From the NCBI GenBank assembly GCA_037129415.1, contig JBAXVB010000001.1, positions 1,047 through 65,046 of the forward strand: a stretch of DNA of 64,000 nt, written 5' to 3'. Within the stretch, counting starts at the first letter, position 1; the number at the start of each line of letters is the position of its first letter. Below, piece after piece: positions 42,258 through 55,000 of the stretch. Both the position numbers and the translations under genes were made by a program. The notes under the pieces are model-generated. The model had not been told where the DNA came from. It did not search any database and saw nothing but the letters and a program-made list of their open reading frames with translations. The stretch comes from Deltaproteobacteria bacterium. GTDB taxonomy: Bacteria > Desulfobacterota > Desulfobacteria > Desulfobacterales > Desulfatirhabdiaceae.

Positions 42258-42431
42258 TTAGGTTAAATCATAATGCAGATCAAGGTGCTGGGGAAAAACG
42301 TTCTTGATCCCATGTTCGCTGATTTTGGCCTTGAGTATCTCCAGCATACCAGGGGAAGAATCGGCGGCGACAGTGTCAAATAAGAGCTTGTGATCGTTGA
42401 GGTAATGAAATAAATCGATAAAATGAAACAT
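42258..42431 (-). pseudogene. possible fragment of a class I SAM methyltransferase (56 aa)
   Basis: MFHFIDLFHYLNDHKLLFDTVAADSSPGMLEILKAKISEHGIKNVFPQHLDLHYDLT* resembles only the motif II-III region of a methyltransferase. Confidence 0.25.
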
Positions 42432-42528
42432 TATATTGATTTATTAATTTAAACTCCTATAATGCCGCGATTAATATACTTCCGTTAGAGATTTTGTAAC
42501 TGCAATAAAACAAAGGGGAATATTTACC

Positions 42529-43311
42529 GTGTCAATTACACTTGATGATAAGGCTGTAAATGTTTTTAAGTCATACGATGAAATGGCCATTGCCTGTTCT
42601 AAAGACATTGAAGATTATAAGACGCTTCTAAAAGCTATTGAGGCTATGATAGCGCAGAAGCAAAGAAATCTCCAGAACATTAAGGATAAAACCGTTGGTT
42701 TGGTAAAAACACCTCTTGAGATTATACCAACCGAGGAGATACCAGTGAATCAACCGGTTGAGAATTTCGATTATACCGGTCTTGACATGGTGGAAGCTTT
42801 AACTCCAGAGAAGGAAATTGAAGCAGAAGAAGCATTTGAGGAGCAATCTTCGGCGATAACCCCACCCAGAAAAGCGCAAATGCAAAAGCCCAGACCCGCT
42901 AACCGCAGGAAAACTGCTGGAAAAGGCAAGGTGCAGAGAGCTGACAATTCTAAAGAATCTGCCAAACAATCCCAAAATATCACAGTTATAAAATGTCTGC
43001 ACCACCATGGATCCCCAGTATTAGATCAGGCCAGACAATTATGTTCTTCATGTAGATGGAAACTTATCAATAATGGTCTGTTAAAATTTGATAAAGAACC
43101 TGAAGTGATTGCATTTTTAAAGGGAGAGATTAAAAATATCCCTGATATGGGTCAACCAATGTGTCCGATTCACCAGTCAGTTCCATCATACAACCAGAAA
43201 ACCGGTTTATGTAAAGCCTGCCAAAACAAAGCCAAGTCGATTGGGGTGACGGATCGTCATCTTACGAAAAAAGAGCTGACGATGTTGGAGAGTTTTTCTT
43301 ATTCCAGTTAA
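42529..43311 (+). CDS. hypothetical protein with two C..H/C..CxxC modules
   Basis: 260 aa, GTG start. 'CLHHHGSPVLDQARQLCSSCRW' and 'CPIHQSVPSYNQKTGLCKACQ'. Confidence 0.5.
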   Translation: MSITLDDKAVNVFKSYDEMAIACSKDIEDYKTLLKAIEAMIAQKQRNLQNIKDKTVGLVKTPLEIIPTEEIPVNQPVENFDYTGLDMVEALTPEKEIEAEEAFEEQSSAITPPRKAQMQKPRPANRRKTAGKGKVQRADNSKESAKQSQNITVIKCLHHHGSPVLDQARQLCSSCRWKLINNGLLKFDKEPEVIAFLKGEIKNIPDMGQPMCPIHQSVPSYNQKTGLCKACQNKAKSIGVTDRHLTKKELTMLESFSYSS

Positions 43312-43369
43312 TGCGCCCGTTAGTTTGCGTTGCATGAGGCCCTGTTTAACAACCGATATGTCGTTAACT

Positions 43370-46012
43370 TTACGAATCTTCGGTATGGATGCCGGTGTTC
43401 GAAGCCACAACGGCAGAAGCCGTCATCTTGCGAATGAGCTGTGCTGGGACCCTGGAAAAACCGCTGATGATCGCCATTATTACCGTGGCCGAATAGGGAA
43501 TTGACTGGACAAGAAGTACCATGAGCCACATGAATACATCAGGGGTATCCGAGCCCTGCCGTACCGTAACGGTAAATATGGCGATCCAGAGGGCCAGTGC
43601 GAGCAATCCCTCTTCGCGGGCCGACTGCAATGCTTGAAACATGGCATGGGCGCGAGCCAGTTTTGGAGTTCGGAAAAAAGGTATGGTTTGGGTGAAAATT
43701 CCAAGCAGAATGGCCTTGGAAATGGTGTGAGAAAGAGACAGTCCGGCCAGGGCCGAAACAAATGTTTGGGTAACATTGGCGCCAACTCTGCTGCGATAAA
43801 GATAGATCATCTTCGCAATTTTGAAGATGAAAAGCGACATCGGCATCACCGACAGGATCACCAGAGGCGGGTCGAATTTCAAGGGCAGCAGGCACATGGC
43901 CACTGACCAGAACAGCGCGGATATTGTAAACAGCAGGTTGACACTGTCCGCTATCCAGGGCAGCCAGCCGGCGATGAAATGGTAACGCTGGCCGTATGTT
44001 AGATTGGATTGCCCGGGCCGAAGCAACCTGCCGGCGTGTCGGCGCAGAATCTGCATAGCACCATAAGCCCAGCGGAACCGTTGTTTTTTAAAGTCGATGA
44101 AGGTGTCGGGCATAACCCCCTGTCCATAACTTGTGGCGGTGTAGGCGGCTTCGTATCCTTTTTCGAAGATTTTAAGACCTAACTCGGCATCTTCGGTGAT
44201 GCACCATTCCGCCCAGCCGTTCACTTCCACCAGCGTTGATTTTCGTACCATCGTCATGGTGCCGTGCTGAATAATGGCGTTGCGTTCATTGCGGGTCACC
44301 ATTCCAATATGGAAAAAACCCCTGTACTCGGCGTAGCACATGGCCTTGAACATGTTCTCGCCATCATCGCGGTAATCCTGGGGTGCCTGAACAATGGCAA
44401 TTGAGGGTTTAACAAACTGGCTTGCCAGGTCCCGCAGCCAATTGGGTTCAACAATGTAGTCGCTGTCGATGACAGCGACCACGACAGCATCCGGAGCAGT
44501 CTTGGCAAGGGCAAAGTTCAGTGCGCCTGCTTTGAAGCCTGCCAGCGGATTCACATGAAAAAATCGGAATCGGTCTCCGAGTTCAATACAGTAGGCTTCT
44601 ATCGGCTGCCAGACTGACGGATCCTTGGTGTTGTTGTCAATGATCAAGACCTCGAAACACGGGTAGTCCAGTTGCGCCAGAGCGTTTAAGGTTTCCATCA
44701 GCATTTCAGGCGGCTCATTGTAAGCTGGTATGTGCACTGAAACCATGGGCAAGTCTTTGTCGGGGACTGAGACTGGCGTGAATGGCCTTCGTCTATCCGC
44801 CCACGATGCTTCCGCCCATTCATGGGCTTCGGTGAGAAGGACCACAACGATGCCGATCATGCCAATAATCATCAACAGGCCAACCAGTCCCGTAGTAACC
44901 GTAATATACTGCCGGGTGTAGCTGTAAACGATCCATACGCCGGCGGTTGCGGCTGAAAAAGCAATGATCCCCAGAAAACTTCTGCCGCGTTTGCGAAGAG
45001 TCCTGCTGTCGATCAGAAGCAGTGCAAAGGTGATAACTGCGATCGTTACCGAGATTGCTGCCAGGGTGCGCCATTCCGGAATTTCAATGATGGGCGAGGT
45101 CAGGGGAAATTTGGGTTGCCGCTTTACATCAAAGACTCCCCAATAGGCGCCGACCGCTCCCTCTGTGACCGATTTCCATGGCTGATCAAAAGCTTCCATC
45201 ACATAATAGATGTATTTCTCCTGTTCCGCCCGTGCAATAAAACGCCGCAGAAAAGTGGCCTGGTTCGCCGTCGAAGCAACGGCCGATTTACGGGTTCTGC
45301 CGTTACTGGGCCAACCGACCTCGGTGATGACAACAGGTTTGTTCGGAAAGGTATTCTTAAGCAGATTTACATGATCAATGATGTAGTCCACAGCCATATC
45401 CAACTGAATGCCTTCCCAGTAGGGGAGCATGTGCGTTGCAATATAGTCAACATGTTCGGCAAGCTCAGGATGCTTGAGCCAGACATGCCATGGCTCTGCC
45501 GTACTGACAGGCACATGGCTGCCTGCCTCACGAATGCCAGTTCGCACCCGATCTATGTAGTCTGCAATCTGTTCACTGGTGACTTCCTCACGAAGCAGGG
45601 ATTCGTTACCGACCACAATCCGCACCACGTTACGCCAATTTTCAAGTGTCAACTGAATCGCCGTTGCGATCTCCGCCTCGTTCCTCTTAAGGTCCGCACT
45701 GATCCATGCCCCCAGAGCAACGTTCAGCTTATGCTTACGGGCCATTGTAGGGATATCGGCCTGAACGCCCTGTACTGTGTAAGTTCGGATGGCGTTGGTC
45801 TTATCTGACAGCAAGGCCAGGTCGGAATTGATTTCAGCTTCGGAAGGCATAATGCCATCAATGGCGCTTTGCCCTTGTTGAAACGGAGAAAAAGAAAACC
45901 CCTGAATTCGGGAGGGCCAAGGCGGTTCTTGCCCCGGCCGGTTCAACAGCGCCCAAAAACCGACGCAAATGATTGCAATGGCCGTACATATCAGAAAATT
46001 GACTCTCGACAT
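43370..46012 (-). CDS. membrane GH17-like glucanase/transglycosylase fused to a GT2 processive glycosyltransferase (NdvB-like beta-1,3-glucan synthase candidate)
   Basis: The GH17 part has 'IRTYTV', 'VVGNESL' and 'VVITEVGWPSNG'. The GT2 part has 'VHIPAYNEPPEM...LIIDNNT', 'IDSDY', 'TEDAELG' and 'QRFRWAYG'. There are multiple TM helices. The start is taken at the ATG at 46012 (MSRVNFLICTAIAI...). Confidence 0.8.
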   Translation of the reverse strand: MSRVNFLICTAIAIICVGFWALLNRPGQEPPWPSRIQGFSFSPFQQGQSAIDGIMPSEAEINSDLALLSDKTNAIRTYTVQGVQADIPTMARKHKLNVALGAWISADLKRNEAEIATAIQLTLENWRNVVRIVVGNESLLREEVTSEQIADYIDRVRTGIREAGSHVPVSTAEPWHVWLKHPELAEHVDYIATHMLPYWEGIQLDMAVDYIIDHVNLLKNTFPNKPVVITEVGWPSNGRTRKSAVASTANQATFLRRFIARAEQEKYIYYVMEAFDQPWKSVTEGAVGAYWGVFDVKRQPKFPLTSPIIEIPEWRTLAAISVTIAVITFALLLIDSRTLRKRGRSFLGIIAFSAATAGVWIVYSYTRQYITVTTGLVGLLMIIGMIGIVVVLLTEAHEWAEASWADRRRPFTPVSVPDKDLPMVSVHIPAYNEPPEMLMETLNALAQLDYPCFEVLIIDNNTKDPSVWQPIEAYCIELGDRFRFFHVNPLAGFKAGALNFALAKTAPDAVVVAVIDSDYIVEPNWLRDLASQFVKPSIAIVQAPQDYRDDGENMFKAMCYAEYRGFFHIGMVTRNERNAIIQHGTMTMVRKSTLVEVNGWAEWCITEDAELGLKIFEKGYEAAYTATSYGQGVMPDTFIDFKKQRFRWAYGAMQILRRHAGRLLRPGQSNLTYGQRYHFIAGWLPWIADSVNLLFTISALFWSVAMCLLPLKFDPPLVILSVMPMSLFIFKIAKMIYLYRSRVGANVTQTFVSALAGLSLSHTISKAILLGIFTQTIPFFRTPKLARAHAMFQALQSAREEGLLALALWIAIFTVTVRQGSDTPDVFMWLMVLLVQSIPYSATVIMAIISGFSRVPAQLIRKMTASAVVASNTGIHTEDS

Positions 46013-46312
46013 GGGATTATCCTGAATCAAGCAGATGTAAAAATATCCTTGTTGGAAATCACCTAACTGCAACACAATGAACCTATAACCAAGAACTGTC
46101 AAGTTTGGATAAGCAATGAAGCGGAATTTCAAACGGATACAGGTAATCAAGTGTAATGGAAGGAGATGCTTGAAGGATGATTTTTATCACTCGGAATTTG
46201 GACTGTTTCAGAAGATTATAGAGAAAAAACCAAAATGCAAAAAAATATTTTATTTTTGTTGATTTCTGTTTTTTGTGATGTTAGAAGAGGGAGATAAGAA
46301 AATGATGGACAG

Positions 46313-46385
46313 GCCAGCGTAGCTCAGTTGGAAGAGCTACTGATTTGTAATCAGTGGGTCGGGGGTTCGAGTCCCTTCGCTGGCT
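46313..46385 (+). tRNA. tRNA-Thr (anticodon UGU)
   Basis: GCCAGCG/CGCTGGC acceptor. Anticodon loop is TTTGTAA. CCA is not encoded. Confidence 0.85.
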
Positions 46386-46419
46386 TCATCAGGTAAGTTT
46401 GGTGCCTGAATAAAAAAGA

Positions 46420-46504
46420 GGTGGGGTTCCCGAGTGGCCAAAGGGAACAGACTGTAAATCTGTCGGCGAAGCCTTCGGAGGTTCGAATCCTCCCCCCACC
46501 ACCA
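46420..46504 (+). tRNA. tRNA-Tyr (anticodon GUA), long variable arm
   Basis: GGTGGGG/CCCCACC acceptor. Anticodon loop is CTGTAAA. 85 nt with CCA. Confidence 0.9.
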
Positions 46505-46669
46505 GCCTCAATTAATGTCGTATGTAGGAGATTTTGCTGGCAAGATCAAGCGAAATCATTATTGAACTACATAGCTTCATCTGCATCATGTACAATTTCT
46601 TGAGGAAACAGGATTGTTCCCGCACAGAAGTCGGGGAGGGTCTGTATGGCATAATAAGGATGCCTGTTG

Positions 46670-46744
<75 letters not shown>

Positions 46745-46791
46745 TAATTTCAACAGTGCGGTATCCTCGGATTACCCCAAATTGCCTTATT

Positions 46792-46868
46792 GCCCACGTA
46801 GCTCAGTTGGTAGAGCGCTTCCTTGGTAAGGAAGAGGTTCATCGGTTCGACTCCGATCGTGGGCTCCA
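46792..46868 (+). tRNA. tRNA-Thr (anticodon GGU)
   Basis: GCCCACG/CGTGGGC acceptor. Anticodon loop is TTGGTAA. The Thr-Tyr-Gly-Thr-tuf order matches the E. coli thrU-tyrU-glyT-thrT-tufB operon. Confidence 0.9.
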
Positions 46869-47017
46869 ATACAGTGAATCAATATCTCAAGATAGTGACC
46901 ATGAGATTTTGACCATGATACATTGCTGGGATCGTACAGACGGAAACTATCGTAAAAAGACGAATGGTTAAGCCTGAGCATACGTTTTAATCATTATTTG
47001 GTAGGGAGGGCAGTGAA

Positions 47018-48211
<1,194 letters not shown>

Positions 48212-48226
48212 TAAAGGAGCCTTGTC

Positions 48227-48376
48227 GTGAGAGTGATTGTTACCCTTGCATGTACAGAATGCAAAAGAAGAAACTACACTACAACCAAAAATAAGCGGAC
48301 AACGCCGGACAAGCTGGAATTCAGCAAATACTGTCGATTCTGCAAAAAACATATTTCACACAAAGAAACCAAATAG
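48227..48376 (+). CDS. rpmG: 50S ribosomal protein L33 (49 aa, below ORF-track cutoff)
   Basis: AAAGGAG RBS, GTG start. [49 protein letters not shown]. Confidence 0.9.
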   Translation: MRVIVTLACTECKRRNYTTTKNKRTTPDKLEFSKYCRFCKKHISHKETK

Positions 48377-48436
48377 CCGAGTCTCGGAATCCATTTATCA
48401 GCAATGCAGATGGATTGCTTTGTGAAAGGATTAAAC

Positions 48437-48512
48437 AGGCCAGTAGCTCTAACGGTAGAGCGTCGGACTCCAAATCCGAGTGCTGGGGGTTCGAATCCCT
48501 CCTGGCCTGCCA
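48437..48512 (+). tRNA. tRNA-Trp (anticodon CCA)
   Basis: AGGCCAG/CTGGCCT acceptor. Anticodon loop is CTCCAAA. Confidence 0.9.
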
Positions 48513-48602
48513 TATCATTTGATGAGTAAAGCTCAAAGAAGGTCACAGGTGGATACCTGCTGACATCGTCCACTTTGAGCTTTCACTTTTTTTAGGAGAA
48601 CA

Positions 48603-48995
48603 ATGGGACGGTTACTCAAAAAAAAAGAACCAAGCCTGAAAAAGAAAAACAAGAGTGATGAAAAAAAATCCGCTGAATCCGAAACTGAAACAGCCAGATT
48701 GAACTTCACAAATCAAACGACTGCCGGAACTGTAAAAGAAAATCAGCAGAAAATTGCTCTTGTAAAAAAAGCAATTGCCGGCGGTGCTATGTATAAAATC
48801 AATAATAAATATGTTGACCAGGCGCTGCAATTTCTCAGAGAAGTCAAGGTTGAATTAAAAAAAGTCGCCTGGCCTTCCCGAAAACAGGCAATGGGTTCTA
48901 CCATTGTGGTTGTCATGCTGGTGCTGCTGGTGTCATTTTTCTTGGGCATCGTAGATATCGGGTTGTCCAGCCTGATCAAAGCGGTTCTGAGCTAG
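48603..48995 (+). CDS. secE: preprotein translocase subunit SecE with Lys-rich N-terminal extension
   Basis: The C-terminus 'FLREVKVELKKVAWPSRKQAMGSTIVVVMLVLLVSFFLGIVD' is the SecE core. It sits in the usual position before nusG. Confidence 0.9.
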   Translation: MGRLLKKKEPSLKKKNKSDEKKSAESETETARLNFTNQTTAGTVKENQQKIALVKKAIAGGAMYKINNKYVDQALQFLREVKVELKKVAWPSRKQAMGSTIVVVMLVLLVSFFLGIVDIGLSSLIKAVLS

Positions 48996-49006
48996 GAGAA
49001 AAGCAA

Positions 49007-49537
49007 TTGTCTCTTAAGTGGTATATCGTCCATGTCTATTCTGGATTTGAAAATAAAGTTAAGCTGGCATTGGATGAACGCATAGCAACTTCGCCACACC
49101 CTGAGAAATTTGGTGAAGTGCTTGTGCCAACTGAACAGGTTGTGGAACTGGTTAAAGGGAAACGGAAGGAATCTTCCCGCAAATTTTATCCCGGCTATAT
49201 TTTGGTCAGAGTGGATATAGACGATGAAACCTGGCATATTGTCAATGATACGGCAAAGGTAACGGGATTTCTGGGAGGAAAAGAAAAACCAACACCACTT
49301 TCAGATGAAGAAGCTACCCAGATATTGAATCGTATGGAGGCCGGGAAACAGAAACCCAAACCCAAATTTTATTTTGAACCCGGCGATGAAATCCGTGTCG
49401 TAGATGGACCTTTTTCAAATTTTAATGGAACAGTTGATGAAGTTAACCCGGAAAAGGGAAAAATCAGGGTTCTGGTAAGTATTTTTGGGAGAGCCACGCC
49501 GGTTGAATTGGAATTTGTCCAAGTCATCAAGTTATAA
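49007..49537 (+). CDS. nusG: transcription termination/antitermination factor NusG
   Basis: '[15 protein letters not shown]' and the KOW '[21 protein letters not shown]'. Confidence 0.97.
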   Translation: MSLKWYIVHVYSGFENKVKLALDERIATSPHPEKFGEVLVPTEQVVELVKGKRKESSRKFYPGYILVRVDIDDETWHIVNDTAKVTGFLGGKEKPTPLSDEEATQILNRMEAGKQKPKPKFYFEPGDEIRVVDGPFSNFNGTVDEVNPEKGKIRVLVSIFGRATPVELEFVQVIKL

Positions 49538-49633
49538 CACAGGGTGCAAAAGGGGCAAGTATCAGGGGCAGGTAGAGAAACCATGCGACCTGCACCTGCT
49601 TCCAGCTACCTTTATCAGGAGTATTGAAATACA

Positions 49634-50056
49634 ATGGCCAAAAAGGTGATTGCACAGATCAAGTTGCAGGTAACGGCTGGAAAAGCCAACCCTTCACCCC
49701 CGATCGGTCCGGCGTTGGGCCAGCACGGGGTCAATATCATGGAATTTTGTAAGGCGTTTAACGCCAGGACCGCCAATGACGAAGGCATGATCATACCGGC
49801 TGTCATCACGGTGTACCAGGACAGGTCCTTTACTTTTATCACAAAGACGCCTCCTGCATCTGTTCTCCTAAAGAAAGCAGCCAAAATCGCCAAAGGCGCC
49901 GGGGACCCCAAACGTGACAAAGTCGCTAAATTGACAATGGATCAGATTACAGAAATCGCCAGGCTGAAAATGGTTGATTTAAATGCGAATGATATGGATG
50001 CAGCATGTAAAATTATCATGGGTACAGCCAGAAGTATGGGGATTGAAGTTGGTTAA
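49634..50056 (+). CDS. rplK: 50S ribosomal protein L11
   Basis: '[35 protein letters not shown]'. Confidence 0.98.
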   Translation: MAKKVIAQIKLQVTAGKANPSPPIGPALGQHGVNIMEFCKAFNARTANDEGMIIPAVITVYQDRSFTFITKTPPASVLLKKAAKIAKGAGDPKRDKVAKLTMDQITEIARLKMVDLNANDMDAACKIIMGTARSMGIEVG

Positions 50057-50079
50057 AGTAAAAAGGAGTTAAAGGGATT

Positions 50080-50784
50080 ATGCCGAAGCGGGGGAAAAAA
50101 TACTTAGAATCACAGAAGAAAATTGACATAACTAAACGGCATGCCTTGACCGAAGCAGTCCAGGTAGCTCTCGAGTCGTCTTTTGTCAAATTTGATGAAA
50201 CAGTTGATGTGGCTGTTCGTCTGGGTGTTGATCCAAGACACGCAGATCAAATGGTTCGAGGAACAGTCGTGCTGCCCAATGGATTGGGCAAGGAAGTGAA
50301 GATTCTTGTGTTTGCCAAAGGCGAAAAGGAAAAAGAAGCGCTTGACGCAGGGGCTGATTTTGTTGGCAATGATGAGCTAATAGAGAAAATTAAGGCAGGC
50401 TGGACAGGGTTTGACAAGGCTGTGGCGACTCCAGACATGATGGGTACGGTTGGTAAAATCGGAAAAATATTGGGGCCCAGGGGACTGATGCCCAATGCCA
50501 AAACTGGAACCGTGACATTTGATGTAGCAAGGGCGGTAAATGAGCTTAAGGCCGGAAAAATTGATTTTCGGGTTGAGAAGGCGGGAATTGTTCATGTTCC
50601 GGTTGGAAAAGTGTCCTTCGGAGTGGAAAAGCTTGTTCAGAATGTTACAGCCTTTCTTGAAACCATTATCCGCATAAAGCCTTCCACAAGCAAGGGCACA
50701 TATATGAAAGGATTGGCTATTTCTACGACGATGGGGCCGGGTATCAAGGTGGATGCTGCATCATTGAAAGATGTGATCCGGTAG
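50080..50784 (+). CDS. rplA: 50S ribosomal protein L1
   Basis: '[31 protein letters not shown]'. Confidence 0.98.
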   Translation: MPKRGKKYLESQKKIDITKRHALTEAVQVALESSFVKFDETVDVAVRLGVDPRHADQMVRGTVVLPNGLGKEVKILVFAKGEKEKEALDAGADFVGNDELIEKIKAGWTGFDKAVATPDMMGTVGKIGKILGPRGLMPNAKTGTVTFDVARAVNELKAGKIDFRVEKAGIVHVPVGKVSFGVEKLVQNVTAFLETIIRIKPSTSKGTYMKGLAISTTMGPGIKVDAASLKDVIR

Positions 50785-51019
50785 TGTGATCCTGCCTTAA
50801 TCGGTCAATTTTATCATAAATCATGCATCTGTACTATCCTGTCCGAGACCGTAGGTACACACTTTTGGTGTTTAATCGGCACTGCTGGCCTACCGAGATG
50901 GGTTTTAACGAATTGAAAGAAGATGGCGGATGGTTCTGTCTTTTCAATCCTGTCCAAAAACCTTGAATCGTAATTACCTCCGGTGGATAACAGTTGAAGA
51001 AAGGAGGTGTAATTAATCT
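50785..51019 (+). promoter_or_regulatory. rplJ leader region (candidate L10 autoregulatory leader)
   Basis: A 235-nt untranslated gap before rplJ with stem potential (GTAGG...CCTAC). The function is assumed by analogy with known L10 leaders. Confidence 0.35.
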
Positions 51020-51550
51020 GTGAAATTAGAGAAAAAAAAGCAGATCGTTGAAGAACTTGAAGAGAAATTCGCAAGATCTAAAATCGTCATTCTGACAAAT
51101 TTTAATGGACTCAATGTGGCGACCATGAGTTCTTTGCGCAGGCAGCTCAGAGAAGCCAAGGTCGAATACAGAGTTGTTAAAAACTCTTTGCTTGCACGTG
51201 CTTCCGAAAACAACACGGTTGCATTGATCAAAGATAAATTGAAAGAAGCTAGCGCGGTTGCGTACAGCTTTGATGACCCTGTGGCTCCAGCAAAAGTACT
51301 AATTGCTTTTGCAAAGGAAAATGAAAAGTTTAAGGTCAAGGCAGGTGTCATGCAGGGCAAAGTGTTGAATGCAGACGCTATTCTTGCTCTATCGGTGCTG
51401 CCATCCCGCGAAGTGTTGTTGGGACAGTTACTATCTGTCATGGTCGGTGTACCGACAGCGATGGTGCGAGCGTTGAACAATATTCCCCAAAAATTGCTGT
51501 ATGTATTAACCGCCCTAAAAGATCAAAAAGAACAGGCGATTACAGAATAA
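51020..51550 (+). CDS. rplJ: 50S ribosomal protein L10
   Basis: 176 aa, GTG start. 'NGLNVATMSSLRRQLREAKVEYRVVKNSL'. Confidence 0.95.
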   Translation: MKLEKKKQIVEELEEKFARSKIVILTNFNGLNVATMSSLRRQLREAKVEYRVVKNSLLARASENNTVALIKDKLKEASAVAYSFDDPVAPAKVLIAFAKENEKFKVKAGVMQGKVLNADAILALSVLPSREVLLGQLLSVMVGVPTAMVRALNNIPQKLLYVLTALKDQKEQAITE

Positions 51551-51589
51551 GTTATTTGATGTTGGAGTGTAAACTGGAGGAAACTAACA

Positions 51590-51970
51590 ATGGCTGATAT
51601 TACAAAAGCAGATGTTATTGAATTTATAGCAAATATGACAGTTTTGGATCTTTCTGAACTGGTTAAGGAAATGGAAGAAAAATTTGGTGTTTCTGCAGCA
51701 GCGCCTGTTTCAATGGTTGCGGCCGCCAGCGCTGCTGTGGCGGCTCCGGTTGAGGAACAAACCGAATTTACGGCGATGCTTATAAGTTTTGGAGATAAAA
51801 AGATCCAGGTCATAAAAGAAGTCAGAGCATTAACCGGTCTGGGATTGAAAGAAGCCAAGGATCTGGTTGATGGGGTGCCAAAACCCGTCAAAGAAGGTGT
51901 ATCCAAGGATGAGGCTGAAAAAATTAAAGCCGTAATCGAAGAAGCTGGCGGCCAGGTTGAAATAAAATAG
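51590..51970 (+). CDS. rplL: 50S ribosomal protein L7/L12
   Basis: '[41 protein letters not shown]'. Confidence 0.98.
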   Translation: MADITKADVIEFIANMTVLDLSELVKEMEEKFGVSAAAPVSMVAAASAAVAAPVEEQTEFTAMLISFGDKKIQVIKEVRALTGLGLKEAKDLVDGVPKPVKEGVSKDEAEKIKAVIEEAGGQVEIK

Positions 51971-52002
51971 CGTAAAGCAAGTTTTCAGGGATTACAAACG
52001 AA

Positions 52003-52047
52003 GATGGGATGAAAGGACTCAGGCCTTAAATCCCATTTCCGCTTTTT
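52003..52047 (+). terminator. hairpin + T-run between rplL and rpoB (attenuator candidate)
   Basis: gatgggat...atcccat followed by ttccgcttttt. A partial terminator is known at this position in E. coli. Confidence 0.4.
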
Positions 52048-52071
52048 CGAAACCTTTAATTTGGAGCTGCC

Positions 52072-55000
52072 ATGACGGAACGCCCTTTGGCATCGAAGCG
52101 TATCAGAAAAAACTTTGGCAAGATTAGTAAAATTGTTGAAATTCCCGATCTTATTGGTATGCAGCGGGAGTCATTTCGGCGGTTTTTGCAAATGGATATC
52201 CCAGCGGATAAACGCAAGGATATCGGGCTGCAGACAGTTTTTAATTCCGTATTTCCGATTAAGGATTTTACGGGGAGCGCCTCTCTTGAGTTCGTTGATT
52301 ATCGTTTTGCAGAGATCAAACACGGTGTTGAAGAATGTATTCACAGGGGTATGAGCTATGAAATTCCTGTGAGAATTACGGTCCGCCTAGTTGTTTACGA
52401 TACGGATAAAGATACCGGTTCATCCAATATCAGGGATATCAAGGAACAGGAGATTTATTTCGGAACCATTCCTTTGATGACGGAAAAAGGGACTTTTATC
52501 ATAAACGGTACTGAGCGGGTTGTGGTCAGCCAACTACATCGATCATCCGGCGTGTTTTTCGACCACGACAAAGGAAAAACACACACTAGCGGCAAGGTGA
52601 TTTACACCTCTCGTATCATCCCTGTTCGCGGGTCATGGATTGATATGGAAATTGATCCTAAGGATATTGTGTATATCCGGATTGATCGTCGCAGAAAATT
52701 TCCGGTCACATTGCTTTTCAAGGCATTTGGCTATACGCCAGAAGACCTTCTGTCATATTTTTATGAATCTGAAAAGATTATTATAAAAAGAGATCATTTG
52801 GTCAGCCGCTATTTCAAAGCGTTTAATGAAGAATTTCTGAAAGGTTCCCGGGCGACCCAGGATGTGATAGATCCCAATACCGGAGAGGTCGTTGTCAAAA
52901 AAGGAAGGGTGTTTACCCAGCGGATACTCAAACGAATGAAGGTCGATAAGCTGGATGCCATTCCCATTACCCTTGAAGAGCTTCATGACAAAGTTATAGC
53001 TACGTCCATTCTGCATCCTGTTACAATTGAGGTGGTTGCAAGGGCCAATGAAACAGTCAGTGAGGACTTGCTGAGTCGATTAACTAATGCTGGTATTACA
53101 GAGTTTGAAATCCTGTTCATTGATGGAACGACAATAAGCGATTCGATCCGAAAGACGCTGATTCTGGACAAGGTACAGTCCAAAAAAGAAGCTCTTCTCG
53201 AAATCTACCGAAGACTTAGGCCAGGTAACCCGGCAACGCCTGAAGTTGCACAGGATTTTGTGGATCACCTCTTTTTTAAATCCGCGTTTTATGATCTTTC
53301 CGGTGTGGGCAGACTTAAAATCAATCAGAGCCTGGGAATAGACAGCAATATCGATTTGAGAATTCTGCGTAAAGAAGACATTCTGTTAACCGCCAAAACC
53401 CTTATCAGACTACGCGATACTCAGGGAGTTGTGGATGATATTGACCATCTTGGCAATCGTCGGGTGCGGGCTGTTGGTGAATTGCTGGAGAACCAGTACC
53501 GAATCGGACTTGTCCGTATGGAGCGGGCCATCAAGGAGAGGATGAGCCTTCAGGAAGTTGATGCCCTGATGCCGCACGATCTGGTGAATCCCAAGCCTGT
53601 GTCCGCCGTGGTTAAGGAATTTTTTGGAACGAGTCAGCTTAGTCAGTTCATGGATCAAACCAATCCGCTCTCTGAAACAACGCACAAACGCCGTCTCAGC
53701 GCACTGGGCCCTGGTGGGCTCACCCGTGAGCGTGCCGGATTTGAGGTTCGGGATGTTCATCCCTCTCATTATGGCCGCATTTGCCCGATTGAAACGCCCG
53801 AAGGACCAAATATAGGGCTGATCGTCTCGCTGAGTACATATGCCCAGGTGAATGAATATGGATTTATCGAAACTCCATACCGGGTGGTGTCTGATGCTGC
53901 GGTCACCAGTGATGTGCGGTTTCTAAGCGCCTTTGATGAAAAGTCTCATGCCATAGCGCAGGCCAATGCAGCCATGGACAGAAATGGGAGTTTTACCGAG
54001 ACGGAAATTAACTCCCGGGTTGCCGGTGAATTTACGATGGCCAAACGTGACGATATTAAGTTGATGGATGTCTCACCCAACCAACTCGTCAGCGTTTCTG
54101 CATCGCTGATTCCGTTTCTGGAAAATGATGATGCCAACCGCGCGCTTATGGGCTCCAATATGCAGAGGCAGGCCGTACCGCTTCTGGTTAGTCAGGCGCC
54201 TCTGGTCGGGACAGGCATTGAAGGGGTAGTGGCCAAGGATTCTGGCGTGGCGGTCGTTGCCAAGCGGGATGGGGTTGTCGAGGATGTTGAAGCGGACCGC
54301 ATTGTTGTTCGGCACGACGAGATGGTTCAGGATGCTGGTTCGGAGATATTTTGGCCGGTTACCATCTATAATCTGTCTAAATTCATCCGATCCAATCAGA
54401 ATACTTGTTTCAATCATCGCCCAATTGTCAAAAAGGGTCAGCGCGTCAAGGCGGGTGAAGTTATAGCTGATGGGCCCGCCACGGACAAGGGCGAGTTGGC
54501 GCTGGGCAAGAACGTAACGGTGGCTTTTATGCCTTGGGGTGGGTACAATTTCGAGGATTCCATTCTCGTTGGCGAACGTCTGGTCCGGGAAGGTGTTTAT
54601 ACATCCATTCATATTGAAGAGTTTGAATTGGTTTCCAGGGATACCAAGCTGGGCAAAGAGGAAATTACCCGTGATATTCCAAATGTCGGGGAAGATGCCC
54701 TGAGAAATCTGGATGAGAGCGGAATTATTATGCTGGGGGCGGAGGTCGTGCCAGGCGATATTCTTGTTGGCAAAATCACACCCAAGGGCGAAACTCAGCT
54801 TTCTCCAGAAGAAAAACTTCTTCGGGCCATTTTTGGTGAAAAGGCGGGAGATGTCAAGGATACTTCCTTGAGGGTTCCGCCCGGGATTCAGGGAATTGTG
54901 ATTGATGCCAAGATATTTTCCCGAAGAGGTGTGGATAAAGATGATCGGACACGGAACATTGAAGACAGCGAGATAGCTTTTTTGGAACGCGACATGAAAG

